From: an uncultured cyanobacterium
Lineage (GTDB): Bacteria; Cyanobacteriota; Cyanobacteriia; Cyanobacteriales; CAWCAG01
Length of the DNA: 64,000 nt
Assembly: GCA_963803805.1 (NCBI GenBank)
Contig: CAWDOD010000008.1
Span: forward strand, 1 to 64,000
Direction of reading: 5' to 3'
Each line of letters starts with the position of its first letter. Position 1 is the first letter of the stretch. The notes beneath the pieces were generated by a model. That model was not told where the DNA came from and made no database searches. It worked only from the letters and a program-made list of their open reading frames with translations. A program made the position numbers and the translations under genes. Below are positions 12,626-23,348 of the stretch, one piece after another.

Positions 12626-13066
12626 ATGATGTCGATGCGGTTAACTCATTTATTAACTACTTCTTTAGCCCTAGCTATTACCTCTAGCGCCTTGGCTACT
12701 AGTGTCATAGCTCAAGATGTGGTGGATTTACAACCTATACCAGATGCCTTTGAGGATGCTTTAACCGAAGAGTCAGGTGACTTTTTTGAAAACCGTGGCT
12801 TTGTACGGCAAGTAGAGTATATGTTCGGCTTAGGTTCCTTTACTCGTCCTTCCTTTTTAGAAAATGAACTTGTACGCGACTTAAACCGAGTTCATAATCT
12901 TTACCTCTATACTTTAGAAGAACAAGTTTCTAGCGGCCCGATTATTCGCACTCCAGACTTAACTAATCCTTATAATTCATCTTTATACAGCAGCCCGGCT
13001 TATCGCCCTACCACTGTTGTTCCCAGCGGTAGTGAGTTCATTTTTGAAAGACAACCTTTTGAATAA
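12626..13066 (+). CDS. Hypothetical exported protein
   Basis: Open frame with signal-peptide-like N-terminus (LLTTSLALAITSSALA); start uncertain (12566-12635). Confidence 0.75.
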   Translation: MMSMRLTHLLTTSLALAITSSALATSVIAQDVVDLQPIPDAFEDALTEESGDFFENRGFVRQVEYMFGLGSFTRPSFLENELVRDLNRVHNLYLYTLEEQVSSGPIIRTPDLTNPYNSSLYSSPAYRPTTVVPSGSEFIFERQPFE

Positions 13067-13101
13067 ATAATTTACCCTACTATTTGAAGTACGTTTAACT
13101 G

Positions 13102-13143
13102 GGTTTTTCTGGGGTAGCAGTTGATAGCGACCCCAGAAAAACC
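13102..13143. terminator. Putative bidirectional hairpin terminator
   Basis: Perfect 14-bp IR ggtttttctggggt / accccagaaaaacc between a convergent CDS and tRNA. Confidence 0.6.
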
Positions 13144-13167
13144 GATTTCTTTAATACAACAATACAA

Positions 13168-13240
13168 TCCAGGGTGCAGGAGTTGAACCTGCCTAGGGCG
13201 AATTATGAGTTCGCTGCCTCAACCGCTCGGCCAACCCTGG
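13168..13240 (-). tRNA. tRNA with CAU anticodon (probably tRNA-Ile2 lysidine type; Met not excluded)
   Basis: CCAGGGT acceptor stem, anticodon arm GCGAA-CTCATAA-TTCGC, T arm GCAGG-TTCAACT-CCTGC, 73 nt, no encoded CCA. Confidence 0.9.
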
Positions 13241-13425
13241 TTAATTTTTTGAGATTACTATTATATCCTGTCCCAACCCCAAATAGCCGAATAGTAATCT
13301 AAGCAATCTGCTTCAATCAGTAAGAAAATCGTTTTTATTGTGTATTATTGATTGTACTGTTGTTATCCTCGCTGCTTGCCACCTTGAGGAAAAAGAACAC
13401 TTATAGTTTTTCTAGCTAAACTTCT

Positions 13426-14118
13426 ATGAAACTGAACTCAACTGTAGCCCTTACTTTGATCCTTTTGGCAACGATGTTAGGTGCGGGAACTGTTAGCGCC
13501 TTATGGGGATATACTTTAGGATACGGAGCCTTAAAAGGTGTAACCCAGCCAGATGTTAGCCCCACCAAAAAATTATCTGGAGATAAAGCTTCTGCCTCAG
13601 GTCAAGAAGGGGTCAAAATGCTGAGTGAGCAAACTGTCTTAGCCAAAGTTTCCGAGAAAATCGACAGTACTAGCACCATCTCAGAGCTAGAGGAAAAGAA
13701 AGAAGATGACACAAAAAACGTAGAAGAGAAAAAAGAGACTGAAGAAGAAGAAAAAGAAACCACTATTACAGGAAATTTTCCGATTACAAGCCAAGATCAA
13801 GGGGTAACCTTAGAAGTGGTCGGTGCTAGCCAACAAGGAGGCTCTTTGTTGCTAGATGTGAATATGAAAAATCAAGGCTCTCAAGAAGTCAGATTTCTTT
13901 ATAGTTTCTTGGATGTCAAAGATGAGCAAGGCCGCGCCCTTAGCGCTATTACAGAGGGGCTACCAGGGGAATTACCATCTAATGGACGGGAATTTTCTGG
14001 TAAAGTGAGAATTCCCACCGCTTTGTTAGAAGATGCCAAAAACATCTCTTTAACATTGACTGATTATCCTGATCAAAAACTGCAATTAAGTCTGGTTAAT
14101 ATTCCTGTTGTGAGGTAA
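13426..14118 (+). CDS. Hypothetical membrane-anchored protein
   Basis: 230 aa ORF: N-terminal TM, acidic linker, beta-rich C-terminal domain. Confidence 0.8.
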   Translation: MKLNSTVALTLILLATMLGAGTVSALWGYTLGYGALKGVTQPDVSPTKKLSGDKASASGQEGVKMLSEQTVLAKVSEKIDSTSTISELEEKKEDDTKNVEEKKETEEEEKETTITGNFPITSQDQGVTLEVVGASQQGGSLLLDVNMKNQGSQEVRFLYSFLDVKDEQGRALSAITEGLPGELPSNGREFSGKVRIPTALLEDAKNISLTLTDYPDQKLQLSLVNIPVVR

Positions 14119-14223
14119 AAACCCAAATTGCAGTGTTTATATCCAGGGCAATAGTTATATCTTCCAACTTAATACTGGCCGTTAATTTTGTGCATGGTCG
14201 CCCCTAATTTAATTTTCTTCGCC

Positions 14224-15558
14224 ATGGGTACTTCGCCTCAACTCACTGGTAGAGGTATTCTTTGGCGATTATTGTCAGTTTTATTACTAATAGCAATTAA
14301 TGCTTTTTTTGTGACAGCAGAGTTTGCTATTCTCTCTGTGCGTCGGTCACGAATTAGTCAGTTAGTAGAAGCCGGAGATGTTCAAGCAAAAACCGTGCAA
14401 TCTCTACAAGGTAGCATCGACCGTTTACTTTCTACAACCCAAATAGGTATTACTCTTTCTAGTTTAGCTCTCGGTTGGATTGGTGAAAATACTCTAGCTA
14501 GTTTATTGAGGTACATTATTGTACCCCAACCTTTAAATCCCATCCTTATTCACACTACAGCTATGGCAGGGGCTTTTTTCCTGTTGGCTTATTTACAAAT
14601 TGTTTTAGGAGAATTATGCCCTAAATCTTTAGCTTTAATCTACTCTGAACAACTAGCTAGGTTACTTGGCCCCCCTAGTTTAGCGATTGCCCGCATTTTC
14701 AATCCCTTTATTTGGATTTTGAACCAATCAACTCGCTATTTATTGCGACTTTTTGGGGTTGAATATACTGGACAAGGTTGGTATAAGCAAGTGACACCAG
14801 AGGAATTACAACTAATTATCACTACAGAAAGGGAATCTACGGGGCTAGAAGCTGAAGAAAGGGAATTACTCAATAACGTTTTTGAGTTTAGTGAAGTTTT
14901 AGCTGGAGAAGTGATGGTTCCCCGCACTAGTTTAGTATCTATTCCTAGTACAGTAACTTTCGCTACCTTGCTCAACCAAGTATCTGCTACCAATCATTCC
15001 CGCTATCCTGTAACGGGGGAATCTCTTGATGACATATTGGGTATTATTGATTTTAAAGAATTGGCCAAACCTTTATCCCAAGGAATATTAACGAAGGAAT
15101 CTTTTCTTGAACCTTGGATAAAACCAGTTCGCTTTGTTCAGGAACTTACTCCTTTAAGTGAATTGCTACCCCTCATGCAGCGATCACGTTCAGAAATGGT
15201 TATGGTGGTTGATGAATTTGGCGGCACAGCAGGGTTAATTACTTTTACAGACTTGATTTCAGAAATCATTGGTGATGATGCTGAATTGCCCAACTCTGAA
15301 GAAGTTGCCGTACAAATTCTTAATGACCAAACTTTCATCGTCGAAGCACAAATGGATGTAGAAGAAGTTAATGAGATTTTGGAACTTAATTTACCTATTG
15401 CCGACGATTACCAAACTTTAGGAGGTTTTTTGTTTTATCAGTTCCAGAAAATTCCTTCCCAAGGAGAAACACTGCACTACGGCTATCTTAGCTTTACAGT
15501 GGTTTCTTCTGAGGGGCAGCGTTTGCAACAAATACGCATTCACTGTCAGGAAGTATAG
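14224..15558 (+). CDS. Hemolysin-family / CNNM (DUF21-CBS-CorC) Mg2+ transport-related protein
   Basis: NAFFVTAEFA, QIGITLSSLALG, GELCPK, HSRYPV, VVDEFGGTAG, YQTLGG; alternative starts 14188/14194. Confidence 0.9.
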   Translation: MGTSPQLTGRGILWRLLSVLLLIAINAFFVTAEFAILSVRRSRISQLVEAGDVQAKTVQSLQGSIDRLLSTTQIGITLSSLALGWIGENTLASLLRYIIVPQPLNPILIHTTAMAGAFFLLAYLQIVLGELCPKSLALIYSEQLARLLGPPSLAIARIFNPFIWILNQSTRYLLRLFGVEYTGQGWYKQVTPEELQLIITTERESTGLEAEERELLNNVFEFSEVLAGEVMVPRTSLVSIPSTVTFATLLNQVSATNHSRYPVTGESLDDILGIIDFKELAKPLSQGILTKESFLEPWIKPVRFVQELTPLSELLPLMQRSRSEMVMVVDEFGGTAGLITFTDLISEIIGDDAELPNSEEVAVQILNDQTFIVEAQMDVEEVNEILELNLPIADDYQTLGGFLFYQFQKIPSQGETLHYGYLSFTVVSSEGQRLQQIRIHCQEV

Positions 15559-15693
15559 TTATTTCAAATAAAGATGGAACATTTCTTCGGTCAAAACCCT
15601 TTTATAGCAATAAATACTTGTCTCATTCTAAACTGGAATGATTATAGCTTGAAGTCAGAATTAAAAATTAAAAATTAGGACTTTGAGCAATTA

Positions 15694-16383
15694 TCAATTT
15701 TTTGTGGCATAAGGTAAGGGATCAGATAAGCTTAGTTCTTCAAAAGCGGCTAAACGCAAGCGACAAGAGTCGCATAAGCCACAAGCTACATCGCCTCCAG
15801 CATAACAAGACCAGGTTTTTTCCCAAGGTACGCCAAGTTGGTTGCCTAGTTGAATAATTTCGGTCTTTTTTAAATCAATTAAAGGAGTCTCAATTGCGAT
15901 CCCTTCTTGATTCCTACCGGCTTTTGTCCCTAAGCGAAATACTTCCTGCATAGCTTGAATATAATCAGGACGACAATCCGGATAGCCGGAATAGTCCAAA
16001 GCATTGACTCCTATATAAACTCGATTTGCTCCTATGGTTTCTCCATAAGCCAAAGCAAAGCTTAAAAAAATGGTATTCCGGGCAGGAACATAGGTAATAG
16101 GAATATCCTGGTTCATTTCCCCCAGAGAACGATTTTGAGGTAAATCCAGACCTTCATCCGTTAAAGCAGAGCCTCCCCATTGGCGCAAATCAAAACTTAC
16201 TACTTGATGTTGAACTGCACCTCTAGAATTTGCGATCGCCTCTGCTGCGACTAATTCCCTTCGGTGTCTTTGTTGATAATCAAAAGCGATAGTGTAACAC
16301 TGATAGCCATCTGCACAGGCTTGGTATAAAACTGTTGCAGAGTCTAGTCCTCCTGATAATAATATAACTGCTTTTCCAGACAT
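15694..16383 (-). CDS. queC: 7-cyano-7-deazaguanine synthase
   Basis: LLSGGLDS, YVPARNTIFL, DYSGYPDCR, TWSCY...CGLCDSC. Confidence 0.95.
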   Translation of the reverse strand: MSGKAVILLSGGLDSATVLYQACADGYQCYTIAFDYQQRHRRELVAAEAIANSRGAVQHQVVSFDLRQWGGSALTDEGLDLPQNRSLGEMNQDIPITYVPARNTIFLSFALAYGETIGANRVYIGVNALDYSGYPDCRPDYIQAMQEVFRLGTKAGRNQEGIAIETPLIDLKKTEIIQLGNQLGVPWEKTWSCYAGGDVACGLCDSCRLRLAAFEELSLSDPLPYATKN

Positions 16384-16777
16384 GACTTTACCCTTTACCT
16401 CTTCCCTTAACCATTGTATCTCCACCAATTAAAAGGCTACTTCCTGTAGCCTAACGACAAGGCTTCGCCTTCGCGCAAGCGTCTCCGCTTTTGGAATACC
16501 CTACTCCCTACTCCCTGCCAAAAAATGTTTACAAAACTTTAAAGCATGGACGGCAGAAAAACTGCCACATTGAGCTTTTTATTGTCTACTAGCTCTTCGA
16601 CAATGTAGGCAGAAAAAAAATTCTACTTCTAGAAAATCTTTGTATAGTAACAGCAGACTAAACTTTGAACTTCTTTACATTTGGATATGCTGTGGTACTA
16701 TCTGGATGGTTTCAGAGGTTCAAGGATTTCATCTATTTAATTTTAGTGGTGAGATGTTAGAGGAGTGTAAATAAAGT

Positions 16778-17848
16778 ATGTCAGATGGAGAAAACGTGAA
16801 AATAAAGCGGCCTCAGCAGCCACAAACGCTACGTATAGGCGTTATTGGCGTAGGTAATATGGGGCAGCATCACGCCCGCATTCTCAGTCTGCTCAAAGAC
16901 GTAGAATTGGTAGGAATATCAGATATCAATATCGAACGGGGTTTAGATATTGCTAGTAAATATAGGGCCCGTTTTTTTGAGAATTATCTCGAACTTTTGC
17001 CCCATGTTCATGCAGTATGTATCGCTGTACCAACTCGCTTGCACCATCGAGTTGGCATGGCTTGTTTAAAAGCTGGCGTTCACGTTTTAATTGAGAAACC
17101 CATTGCGGCTTCTATTGCTGAAGCGGAGTCTTTAGTAAATGCAGCAGCCGAATCAAAAACTATCCTCCAGGTAGGACACATAGAAAGGTTTAATCCTGCT
17201 TTTCAAGAACTAAGTAATGTTCTCAAAACAGAAGAATTACTTGCCTTGGAAGCCCACAGAATGAGTCCCTATTCTAATCGGGCGAATGATGTTTCTGTGG
17301 TTTTGGATTTGATGATCCACGATATTGATTTAATCTTAGAATTAGTAGCAGCACCGGTATTAAAGTTAACAGCAAGCGGTAGCAGTGCTTCTGATTCTGG
17401 CTATCTCGATTATGTAACTGCAACTTTAGGCTTTGCCAATGGTATGGTTGCCACCCTAACCGCTAGTAAAGTTACTCACCGCAAGATTCGTCGTATCGCT
17501 GCCCATTGTAAAAATTCTCTTACAGAAGCAGATTTTCTCAACAATGAAATTTTGATTCATCGTCAAACCATAGCCAACTGCTCTACGGACTATGGCCAAG
17601 TTTTGTACCGTCAAGATGGATTAATTGAGAAAGTTTATACTAGTAACATTGAACCTTTACACGCAGAACTAGAACATTTTGTTAGTTGTGTGCGAGGAGG
17701 TAATCCACCTTCTGTGGGAGGGGAGCAGGCTCTCAAAGCTTTGCGTTTAGCTAGTTTGGTGGAGCAAATGGCCCTTGATGGGCAAGTTTGGCAACATCAA
17801 GACTGGAATTCTCAGCAAATTGAGTCCCCAACTTTAACTCTTTCTTAA
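16778..17848 (+). CDS. Gfo/Idh/MocA family oxidoreductase
   Basis: GVIGVGNMG Rossmann motif, HVLIEKP, GHIERFNP, DLMIHDID. Confidence 0.92.
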   Translation: MSDGENVKIKRPQQPQTLRIGVIGVGNMGQHHARILSLLKDVELVGISDINIERGLDIASKYRARFFENYLELLPHVHAVCIAVPTRLHHRVGMACLKAGVHVLIEKPIAASIAEAESLVNAAAESKTILQVGHIERFNPAFQELSNVLKTEELLALEAHRMSPYSNRANDVSVVLDLMIHDIDLILELVAAPVLKLTASGSSASDSGYLDYVTATLGFANGMVATLTASKVTHRKIRRIAAHCKNSLTEADFLNNEILIHRQTIANCSTDYGQVLYRQDGLIEKVYTSNIEPLHAELEHFVSCVRGGNPPSVGGEQALKALRLASLVEQMALDGQVWQHQDWNSQQIESPTLTLS

Positions 17849-17888
17849 AGCTGGCTAATGGCTAATGGCTAATGGTTGCTCTAGGCTA

Positions 17889-17920
17889 CTAAGGAGTAGA
17901 AAGGTGTTTTCACTCCTTAG
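17889..17920. terminator. Putative bidirectional terminator
   Basis: IR ctaaggagt...actccttag between convergent genes, preceded by (tggctaa)3. Confidence 0.55.
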
Positions 17921-18780
17921 TCTTTCTTACTGTTTCCTTCATTGCCTAGAAGCGGTTTAACGTTATGGAAGTGTTGATAATCTATTTTTGGGTTCCCGTC
18001 TTCATCCCAAGAAAGAACATCTACAAAACTAGCATTCCAACAAATATCTTCTACCTTGTAAGAGTGTCGAGCATGGACTGTTTGGGAAACGGTTTCATCT
18101 AAGCCACTAATGACAATGAGAATTTGAGCATTCCATTCTTTTAGTTCCCTTGAAGTCACCTCATAAAGAGGACTTTCTTCAGTAATAGAGTGCATCACAG
18201 TCCAACTTAAGGCAAAAATAGGGGTTTGTGATCGCACCAAATCAAGTTTATATAAGCGTCGCAGTTGATGTCCTTCCGAGGAAGTTTCTGGGCGCAAAAA
18301 ATGGGCTTGAACTTGAGCTTCGACAATTAAGTTATTACGTTGATTGGCACTACGAAACATCAAAGTAGGAATGCCATTAAAGGAAGAAATGACAGCTACC
18401 TGACTAAACAGTACCCTGGCAGTGGGCTTAGAGAAACGAGCAAACATCAATCCTGTTGCCATTGCTACTCCTAAAAGCCCTAGGAATACTTCAATAGCTA
18501 CTAAAACATGGGTATAGATGCTACGCGGATACATAGCTCCATAGCCTATAGTTGCCATGGTTTGAACACTAAAAGAAAAAGCATCAATGAAAGAACCTGG
18601 ACGAGCATTTTCTATACCATTTCTTTGCATTAAATAAGCTAGAGCAAATAAGATATTAATAATTAAATAAGTACAAATAGTTAAGCTGAAAAATTGCTTC
18701 CAGGTAATTGTTAATAGGTAATGATATAAATCTCCCCAATCAAAAGAGATGTTTTGCCACCGAGAAGATTTCTTTTGCAT
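17917..18780 (-). CDS. Inward-rectifier K+ channel (KirBac type)
   Basis: Selectivity filter FSVQTMATIGYG, FARFSKP, WTVMHSI, GLDETVSQTVHAR. Confidence 0.92.
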   Translation of the reverse strand: MQKKSSRWQNISFDWGDLYHYLLTITWKQFFSLTICTYLIINILFALAYLMQRNGIENARPGSFIDAFSFSVQTMATIGYGAMYPRSIYTHVLVAIEVFLGLLGVAMATGLMFARFSKPTARVLFSQVAVISSFNGIPTLMFRSANQRNNLIVEAQVQAHFLRPETSSEGHQLRRLYKLDLVRSQTPIFALSWTVMHSITEESPLYEVTSRELKEWNAQILIVISGLDETVSQTVHARHSYKVEDICWNASFVDVLSWDEDGNPKIDYQHFHNVKPLLGNEGNSKKD

Positions 18781-18821
18781 ACTGTATTTAGTATTGGACT
18801 ATGATATATATCTAGTAATAG

Positions 18822-20357
18822 CTAAGAACCAAAAACAATCTTACCGTCTTGGAGAGCAACTAGACGCAAAATTAAAGGTCCAGAAGAATAAGTCAATTGA
18901 GAAGCAATAGCAGCAATTTCTTCAAAAGGTTGTTCTTCTTCTTTGAGTTGTTCAACAAAATTAATCAAAGTAATAATATTGCCGTCTTCTACTTGAATTT
19001 TACCCAGAAGACCTGCACCACGGGCGCGAGTTTGGGATTGAGTTAATAGCAAGTCTAAACGTTTTTCTATTTCTTGCTCTGACATTGTGCGGGCATTAAT
19101 GGGGACTTTGGCTACAACCTCATTGGGAGCTAAAATTTCCTTGTTAACAGTGATGTCCGCAAAAACTTGTACCTGTTGCTCTCCTTGAATATAATTTTCT
19201 GCTGCAACTAGGCGAATAAAATAATCTTGGCCGTCTTGAATAGTTTCGATAATATTATCGACCTGAAGCTGAGTAATTTGTACTACTCTTTCATTGCTAA
19301 GTCCATTATTGTCAGGATTAGTAACTTGAATTGCATTACGATTGGCTTGTCTGAGTAGCTGTTCGACAGCTTCACTGGCACTTTGGGGATCTACAATACG
19401 TACAACTCCAAATGCTAAAGTTTGACCTCTAGCGATCGCAACATTACCCTGGCGTAAGGCTAGGTAATTTTCCTCAAAAGTTTCAATTTGCGCTCTCAAT
19501 TCTTCCAATCTTATTTTGCGCTCTCGCAGGGTATCATCTCGCGAGGCGATCGCTTGGTCTAATTGTTCAATTGTTTTGTCTTTCTGGGCTAATTGTTGAT
19601 TTTTCTGGGCTAATTGTTGGTCTTTTTGAGCTAATTGTTGTTCTAAAGAACTTAGTTGTAGTATTAGGACGTTTCTTTCATTTAGCAATGTTTGGCGTAC
19701 TTGACGCAACTGAGCTACTTCTTGGCGTACTTGGAGTAATTTAGCTATATCCCGATTTTTTTTCTCTAATTCTTTGCTCTTCAAAGCTAATTGTTGATTA
19801 GTTTGAGCTAATTGGCTATCTCTTTGGTCAAGCTGTGTTTTTAACCCAGCTATTTGTTGTGTCAGTTGCTGGCGTTGTTCAACTAATTTTTGACGATCTC
19901 CTAATAACTTCTTGACTTCGTTCCTCAGAGTCGTAGCTTGCCCAGAAACAGCTTTAACTTGTGCCTGAGCTTCTTTATAGCTTTTGTCAGTTTCTCTCAA
20001 ACGATTCTGAATTGCGGCTCGTTTGATTTTATCTGATTTGAGTGCTTTTTCAACTTTCGTTTTCTCTTCACGAATATCAGCCAATTCTGCTTGAGCCATT
20101 CTCAAATCTCGGAGAATATCATCGAGAATAAAAATTCCTTGGCGTAATGATTTGCTAGTAGCAAACAAAAGACCCAGAGTAGTTGCAGAAATGGCAGTTC
20201 CTGTCATTACTGTCACTACCACCGCTGTTTGGCGGGGGCGCAAATTGAATAATCTCAATCGCGCTTTACCAACTTTACTTCCCAGGCGATCTCCTAGTGC
20301 AGCTAGGATTCCTCCTAATAATAATACTGCTGCAATTAGGATATAGGCACTTGTCAT
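18822..20357 (-). CDS. DUF3084 coiled-coil membrane protein
   Basis: GGILAALGDRLGSKVGKARLRLFNLRPRQTA N-terminus, long coiled coil, typical position downstream of ntcA. Confidence 0.85.
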   Translation of the reverse strand: MTSAYILIAAVLLLGGILAALGDRLGSKVGKARLRLFNLRPRQTAVVVTVMTGTAISATTLGLLFATSKSLRQGIFILDDILRDLRMAQAELADIREEKTKVEKALKSDKIKRAAIQNRLRETDKSYKEAQAQVKAVSGQATTLRNEVKKLLGDRQKLVEQRQQLTQQIAGLKTQLDQRDSQLAQTNQQLALKSKELEKKNRDIAKLLQVRQEVAQLRQVRQTLLNERNVLILQLSSLEQQLAQKDQQLAQKNQQLAQKDKTIEQLDQAIASRDDTLRERKIRLEELRAQIETFEENYLALRQGNVAIARGQTLAFGVVRIVDPQSASEAVEQLLRQANRNAIQVTNPDNNGLSNERVVQITQLQVDNIIETIQDGQDYFIRLVAAENYIQGEQQVQVFADITVNKEILAPNEVVAKVPINARTMSEQEIEKRLDLLLTQSQTRARGAGLLGKIQVEDGNIITLINFVEQLKEEEQPFEEIAAIASQLTYSSGPLILRLVALQDGKIVFGS

Positions 20358-20472
20358 GTTCGGTCGCAGTGTTCTTTGAGACTTTTGCTGTTAGCTTAGC
20401 ACTGACAAAGCCCCTTCGGGGGCAGGAAAAATATGCTAGTTAATTCTTTCTCTACTGCCTGCCGCGAAGCAG

Positions 20473-21150
20473 TTAGGTAAATTGCTGACTTAGGGCAACA
20501 GGGTTGTGAACGGTAATCTTTTTCTTATGAATAGAAATCATTTCTTCTTGGCGTAAGTCCCCTAAAAGGCGAGTTACTGTTACTCTGGTTGAACCAATTG
20601 CTTCGGCGATCGCCTGGTGAGATAATTTTAAATCAATTCTAATACCATCATTGGTAGGTACACCAAAATCTCGACAGAGTATGAGCAAGAAACTTACTAA
20701 CCGAGAACCCATATCTCTATGTGCTAGGGTTTCAATCATCATCTCTGTTTGCAGGATACGAGAAGAGAGTCCCCGCAACATTAACCGAGAAAGTTCGGGA
20801 TTTTCTTTAAGGGATTGTTCTACTTGTTCAATGGGGGCAGATAGTAACTCTACGGGTGTGAAGGCAACGGAGTGATAAAAACGATCAGAACGCTGACCGG
20901 TAATTAAAGAGAGTACGCCAAAGACACTATTCTCTCGCAACAGGGCTACAGTTATCTCTTCTCCTGCTTCGTACACTCTTGAAAGTTTAACAGCACCTTT
21001 TAAGAGAAAATAGACTCTCTCTGCTGGATCTCCAGGGAAAAAGATGGTTTTGCCCCGCTCAAAGGTTTCTACCACTGGCGGAAATGCCTCACCCCCAATT
21101 AAGCGAAATACGTCTGCTAGGGGTTGATCTTGGGTCACGGACAGTTCCAT
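20473..21150 (-). CDS. ntcA: Global nitrogen regulator NtcA (CRP family)
   Basis: [48 protein letters not shown] and [24 protein letters not shown]. Confidence 0.98.
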   Translation of the reverse strand: MELSVTQDQPLADVFRLIGGEAFPPVVETFERGKTIFFPGDPAERVYFLLKGAVKLSRVYEAGEEITVALLRENSVFGVLSLITGQRSDRFYHSVAFTPVELLSAPIEQVEQSLKENPELSRLMLRGLSSRILQTEMMIETLAHRDMGSRLVSFLLILCRDFGVPTNDGIRIDLKLSHQAIAEAIGSTRVTVTRLLGDLRQEEMISIHKKKITVHNPVALSQQFT

Positions 21151-21496
21151 TATGTTCTTAAATAAATAGCTAAACTAGACTTGCTTAATTTGTCGGTGAG
21201 CCTAAAGGCCAGTTAAAACCTGACTTTATAGTCTAAACCGTAGGGGTTGATAGTGTTTTTTGGGTACAAACATTCTACAACAAATAGAAATAGTACTTTG
21301 AGCTTCAGCTAAGTATTTTCTCTAGAGATTGGCTCTAGAAAAATTACTTCAGACTTATGATACGACACCAAGGCGAAAAAACCAGCAACAAAGCCAAATT
21401 ATTGAGTAAGCTTATACTGTTTTTGCATAGTTTGGTTTCGAGTTGGTAATCAAGATATACTCCTTAGTCGAGGAAAAAATTTCTAAGTAAAGAATT

Positions 21497-22273
21497 ATGT
21501 TAAATTTAGCAGGCAAAAAAGCTTTTGTAACAGGTATTGCTAACAACCGTTCCATAGCTTGGGGAATTGCTCAGCAATTGCACAAGGCTGGGGCAGAGTT
21601 AGGTGTTAATTATTTACCAGATCCTAAAGGTCGTTTTGAGAAGAAGGTTAAAGATTTAGTTGAGCCTCTTAATCCTAGTATAGTTCTTCCTTTAGATGTT
21701 CAAGATGAAGCGCTGATTGAAGAGTTTTCTGGGGCGCTTAAAGAGAAGTGGGGCAAGGTGGATATTTTAATTCACTGTCTTGCTTTTGCGAATAAGGAAG
21801 ATTTATCAGGGGAGTTTGTCAGTACTTCTAGGGACGGTTTTACTAAAGCTTTAGATATCAGTGCCTATTCTTTGATTCGCCTCGCTAATGCGGTTAAGCC
21901 TTTGATGAGTGATGGAGGTAGCATTGTTACTTTAACTTATTTGGGTGGGGTTAAAGTTGTTCCTAATTACAACGTGATGGGAATTGCGAAAGCGGCTTTA
22001 GAGATGAATGTTCGTTACCTCGCTTCAGAATTAGGACAAAGTAATATTCGTGTCAATGCTATCTCCGCCGGACCTATTCGTACTTTAGCTTCTTCTGCTG
22101 TGGGGGGCATTATGGATATGATTCATCATGTTGAAGAAATAGCACCTTTACGCCGTACTGTAACTCAGTTAGAAGTGGGCAATGCTGCTGCTTTTTTATG
22201 TAGCGATCTCTCTAGCGGGATTACAGGGCAAACTCTTTATGTTGATGCAGGTTATGAAATTATGGGAATGTGA
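21497..22273 (+). CDS. fabI: Enoyl-ACP reductase
   Basis: GIANNRSIAWGIA, YNVMGIAKAALE, AGPIRTLA. Confidence 0.96.
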   Translation: MLNLAGKKAFVTGIANNRSIAWGIAQQLHKAGAELGVNYLPDPKGRFEKKVKDLVEPLNPSIVLPLDVQDEALIEEFSGALKEKWGKVDILIHCLAFANKEDLSGEFVSTSRDGFTKALDISAYSLIRLANAVKPLMSDGGSIVTLTYLGGVKVVPNYNVMGIAKAALEMNVRYLASELGQSNIRVNAISAGPIRTLASSAVGGIMDMIHHVEEIAPLRRTVTQLEVGNAAAFLCSDLSSGITGQTLYVDAGYEIMGM

Positions 22274-22317
22274 ATTTTAAGTAATAAGTAATAAGTGAAG
22301 AATATACTCTACAAAAA

Positions 22318-22950
22318 ATGCAATTAAGCGATCGCCAAATTCAAATTAACCAAACTAACTTTTCCCGTACAGCTTCGGTGCGGCGCACCACTAAAGAGAC
22401 AGATGTGGAAGTTTCTTTAAATTTAGATGGTACAGGAAAATGCCAGGTTGCAACGGGTGTTCCTTTCCTTAACCATATGTTGCAGCAAATTTCTTCCCAC
22501 GGGTTAATTGATCTCGAAGTAAAAGCCCAAGGAGATTTAGAAATAGATGACCATCATACCAATGAAGATGTGGGCATAACTTTGGGTCAAGCTTTAGCTA
22601 AGGCTTTAGGCGATCGCAAGGGAATTCATCGTTTTGGTCATTTCTTGGCCCCCCTTGATGAAGCCTTAATTCAAGTTACCCTAGATTTTTCGGGACGACC
22701 TCATTTAAGTTACGGATTATCAATTCCTACTCAAAGGGTAGGAAGTTACGATACCCAGTTAGTGAGAGAGTTTTTTGTAGCTATTGTTAACCACTCGCAA
22801 ATGACTCTCCATATTCGCCAGTTAGATGGTATCAACTCTCATCATATTATTGAAGCAACTTTCAAAGCCTTTGCTAGGGCTACGCGCATGGCATTAGAAA
22901 TTGACCCCCGCCGTGCCTCACAAATTCCTAGTTCTAAAGGGGTTTTGTAA
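22318..22950 (+). CDS. hisB: Imidazoleglycerol-phosphate dehydratase
   Basis: [31 protein letters not shown]. Confidence 0.96.
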   Translation: MQLSDRQIQINQTNFSRTASVRRTTKETDVEVSLNLDGTGKCQVATGVPFLNHMLQQISSHGLIDLEVKAQGDLEIDDHHTNEDVGITLGQALAKALGDRKGIHRFGHFLAPLDEALIQVTLDFSGRPHLSYGLSIPTQRVGSYDTQLVREFFVAIVNHSQMTLHIRQLDGINSHHIIEATFKAFARATRMALEIDPRRASQIPSSKGVL

Positions 22951-23135
22951 GCTGCTATACAGCAAAAAAAAGCTTTTGTTGTTAGATCATTAATTAATAG
23001 CGAAAGCCTCATAGTTATTGACATAAATTATCTCAATCTTTAATTAATCTAATTCTGTGATTTTTGCCATGCACTATCTGGTTAGCTAAGTTATCCTAGA
23101 AGTGATAATTACTGGTTATTAGTTAAGAATATAAA

Positions 23136-23342
23136 ATGATAAGTTCATCTGTTGCATCTTCCGATTCATTTTCCCAGGATAGTGAAGTTTGGGGGAATTT
23201 AAAGCAAGCGATCGCCAATAGTTCTGGGTTTAAACGTTGGCGAACCGAACAGCTTACTAAGAATCAAGAGTTAGAAAATGAAAGTCTTGATGTTCAAGTT
23301 CGTTCCTATTTGCGGGAAACTTTAGAGACTTTAGCTTATTAA
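23136..23342 (+). CDS. Small hypothetical protein
   Basis: 68 aa ORF with ATG; WGNLKQAIANSSGFKRW...YLRETLETLAY resembles a conserved small cyanobacterial protein. Confidence 0.75.
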   Translation: MISSSVASSDSFSQDSEVWGNLKQAIANSSGFKRWRTEQLTKNQELENESLDVQVRSYLRETLETLAY

Positions 23343-23348
23343 AAAAAA

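Noticed and set aside
16384..16777. preQ1 riboswitch upstream of queC
   Set aside because: No recognisable preQ1 stem-loop or A-rich tail; only generic cyanobacterial repeats.
21151..21496. NtcA autoregulatory box upstream of ntcA
   Set aside because: Candidate GTA...TAC pairs (21264 and 21446) have 9-nt rather than 8-nt spacers.
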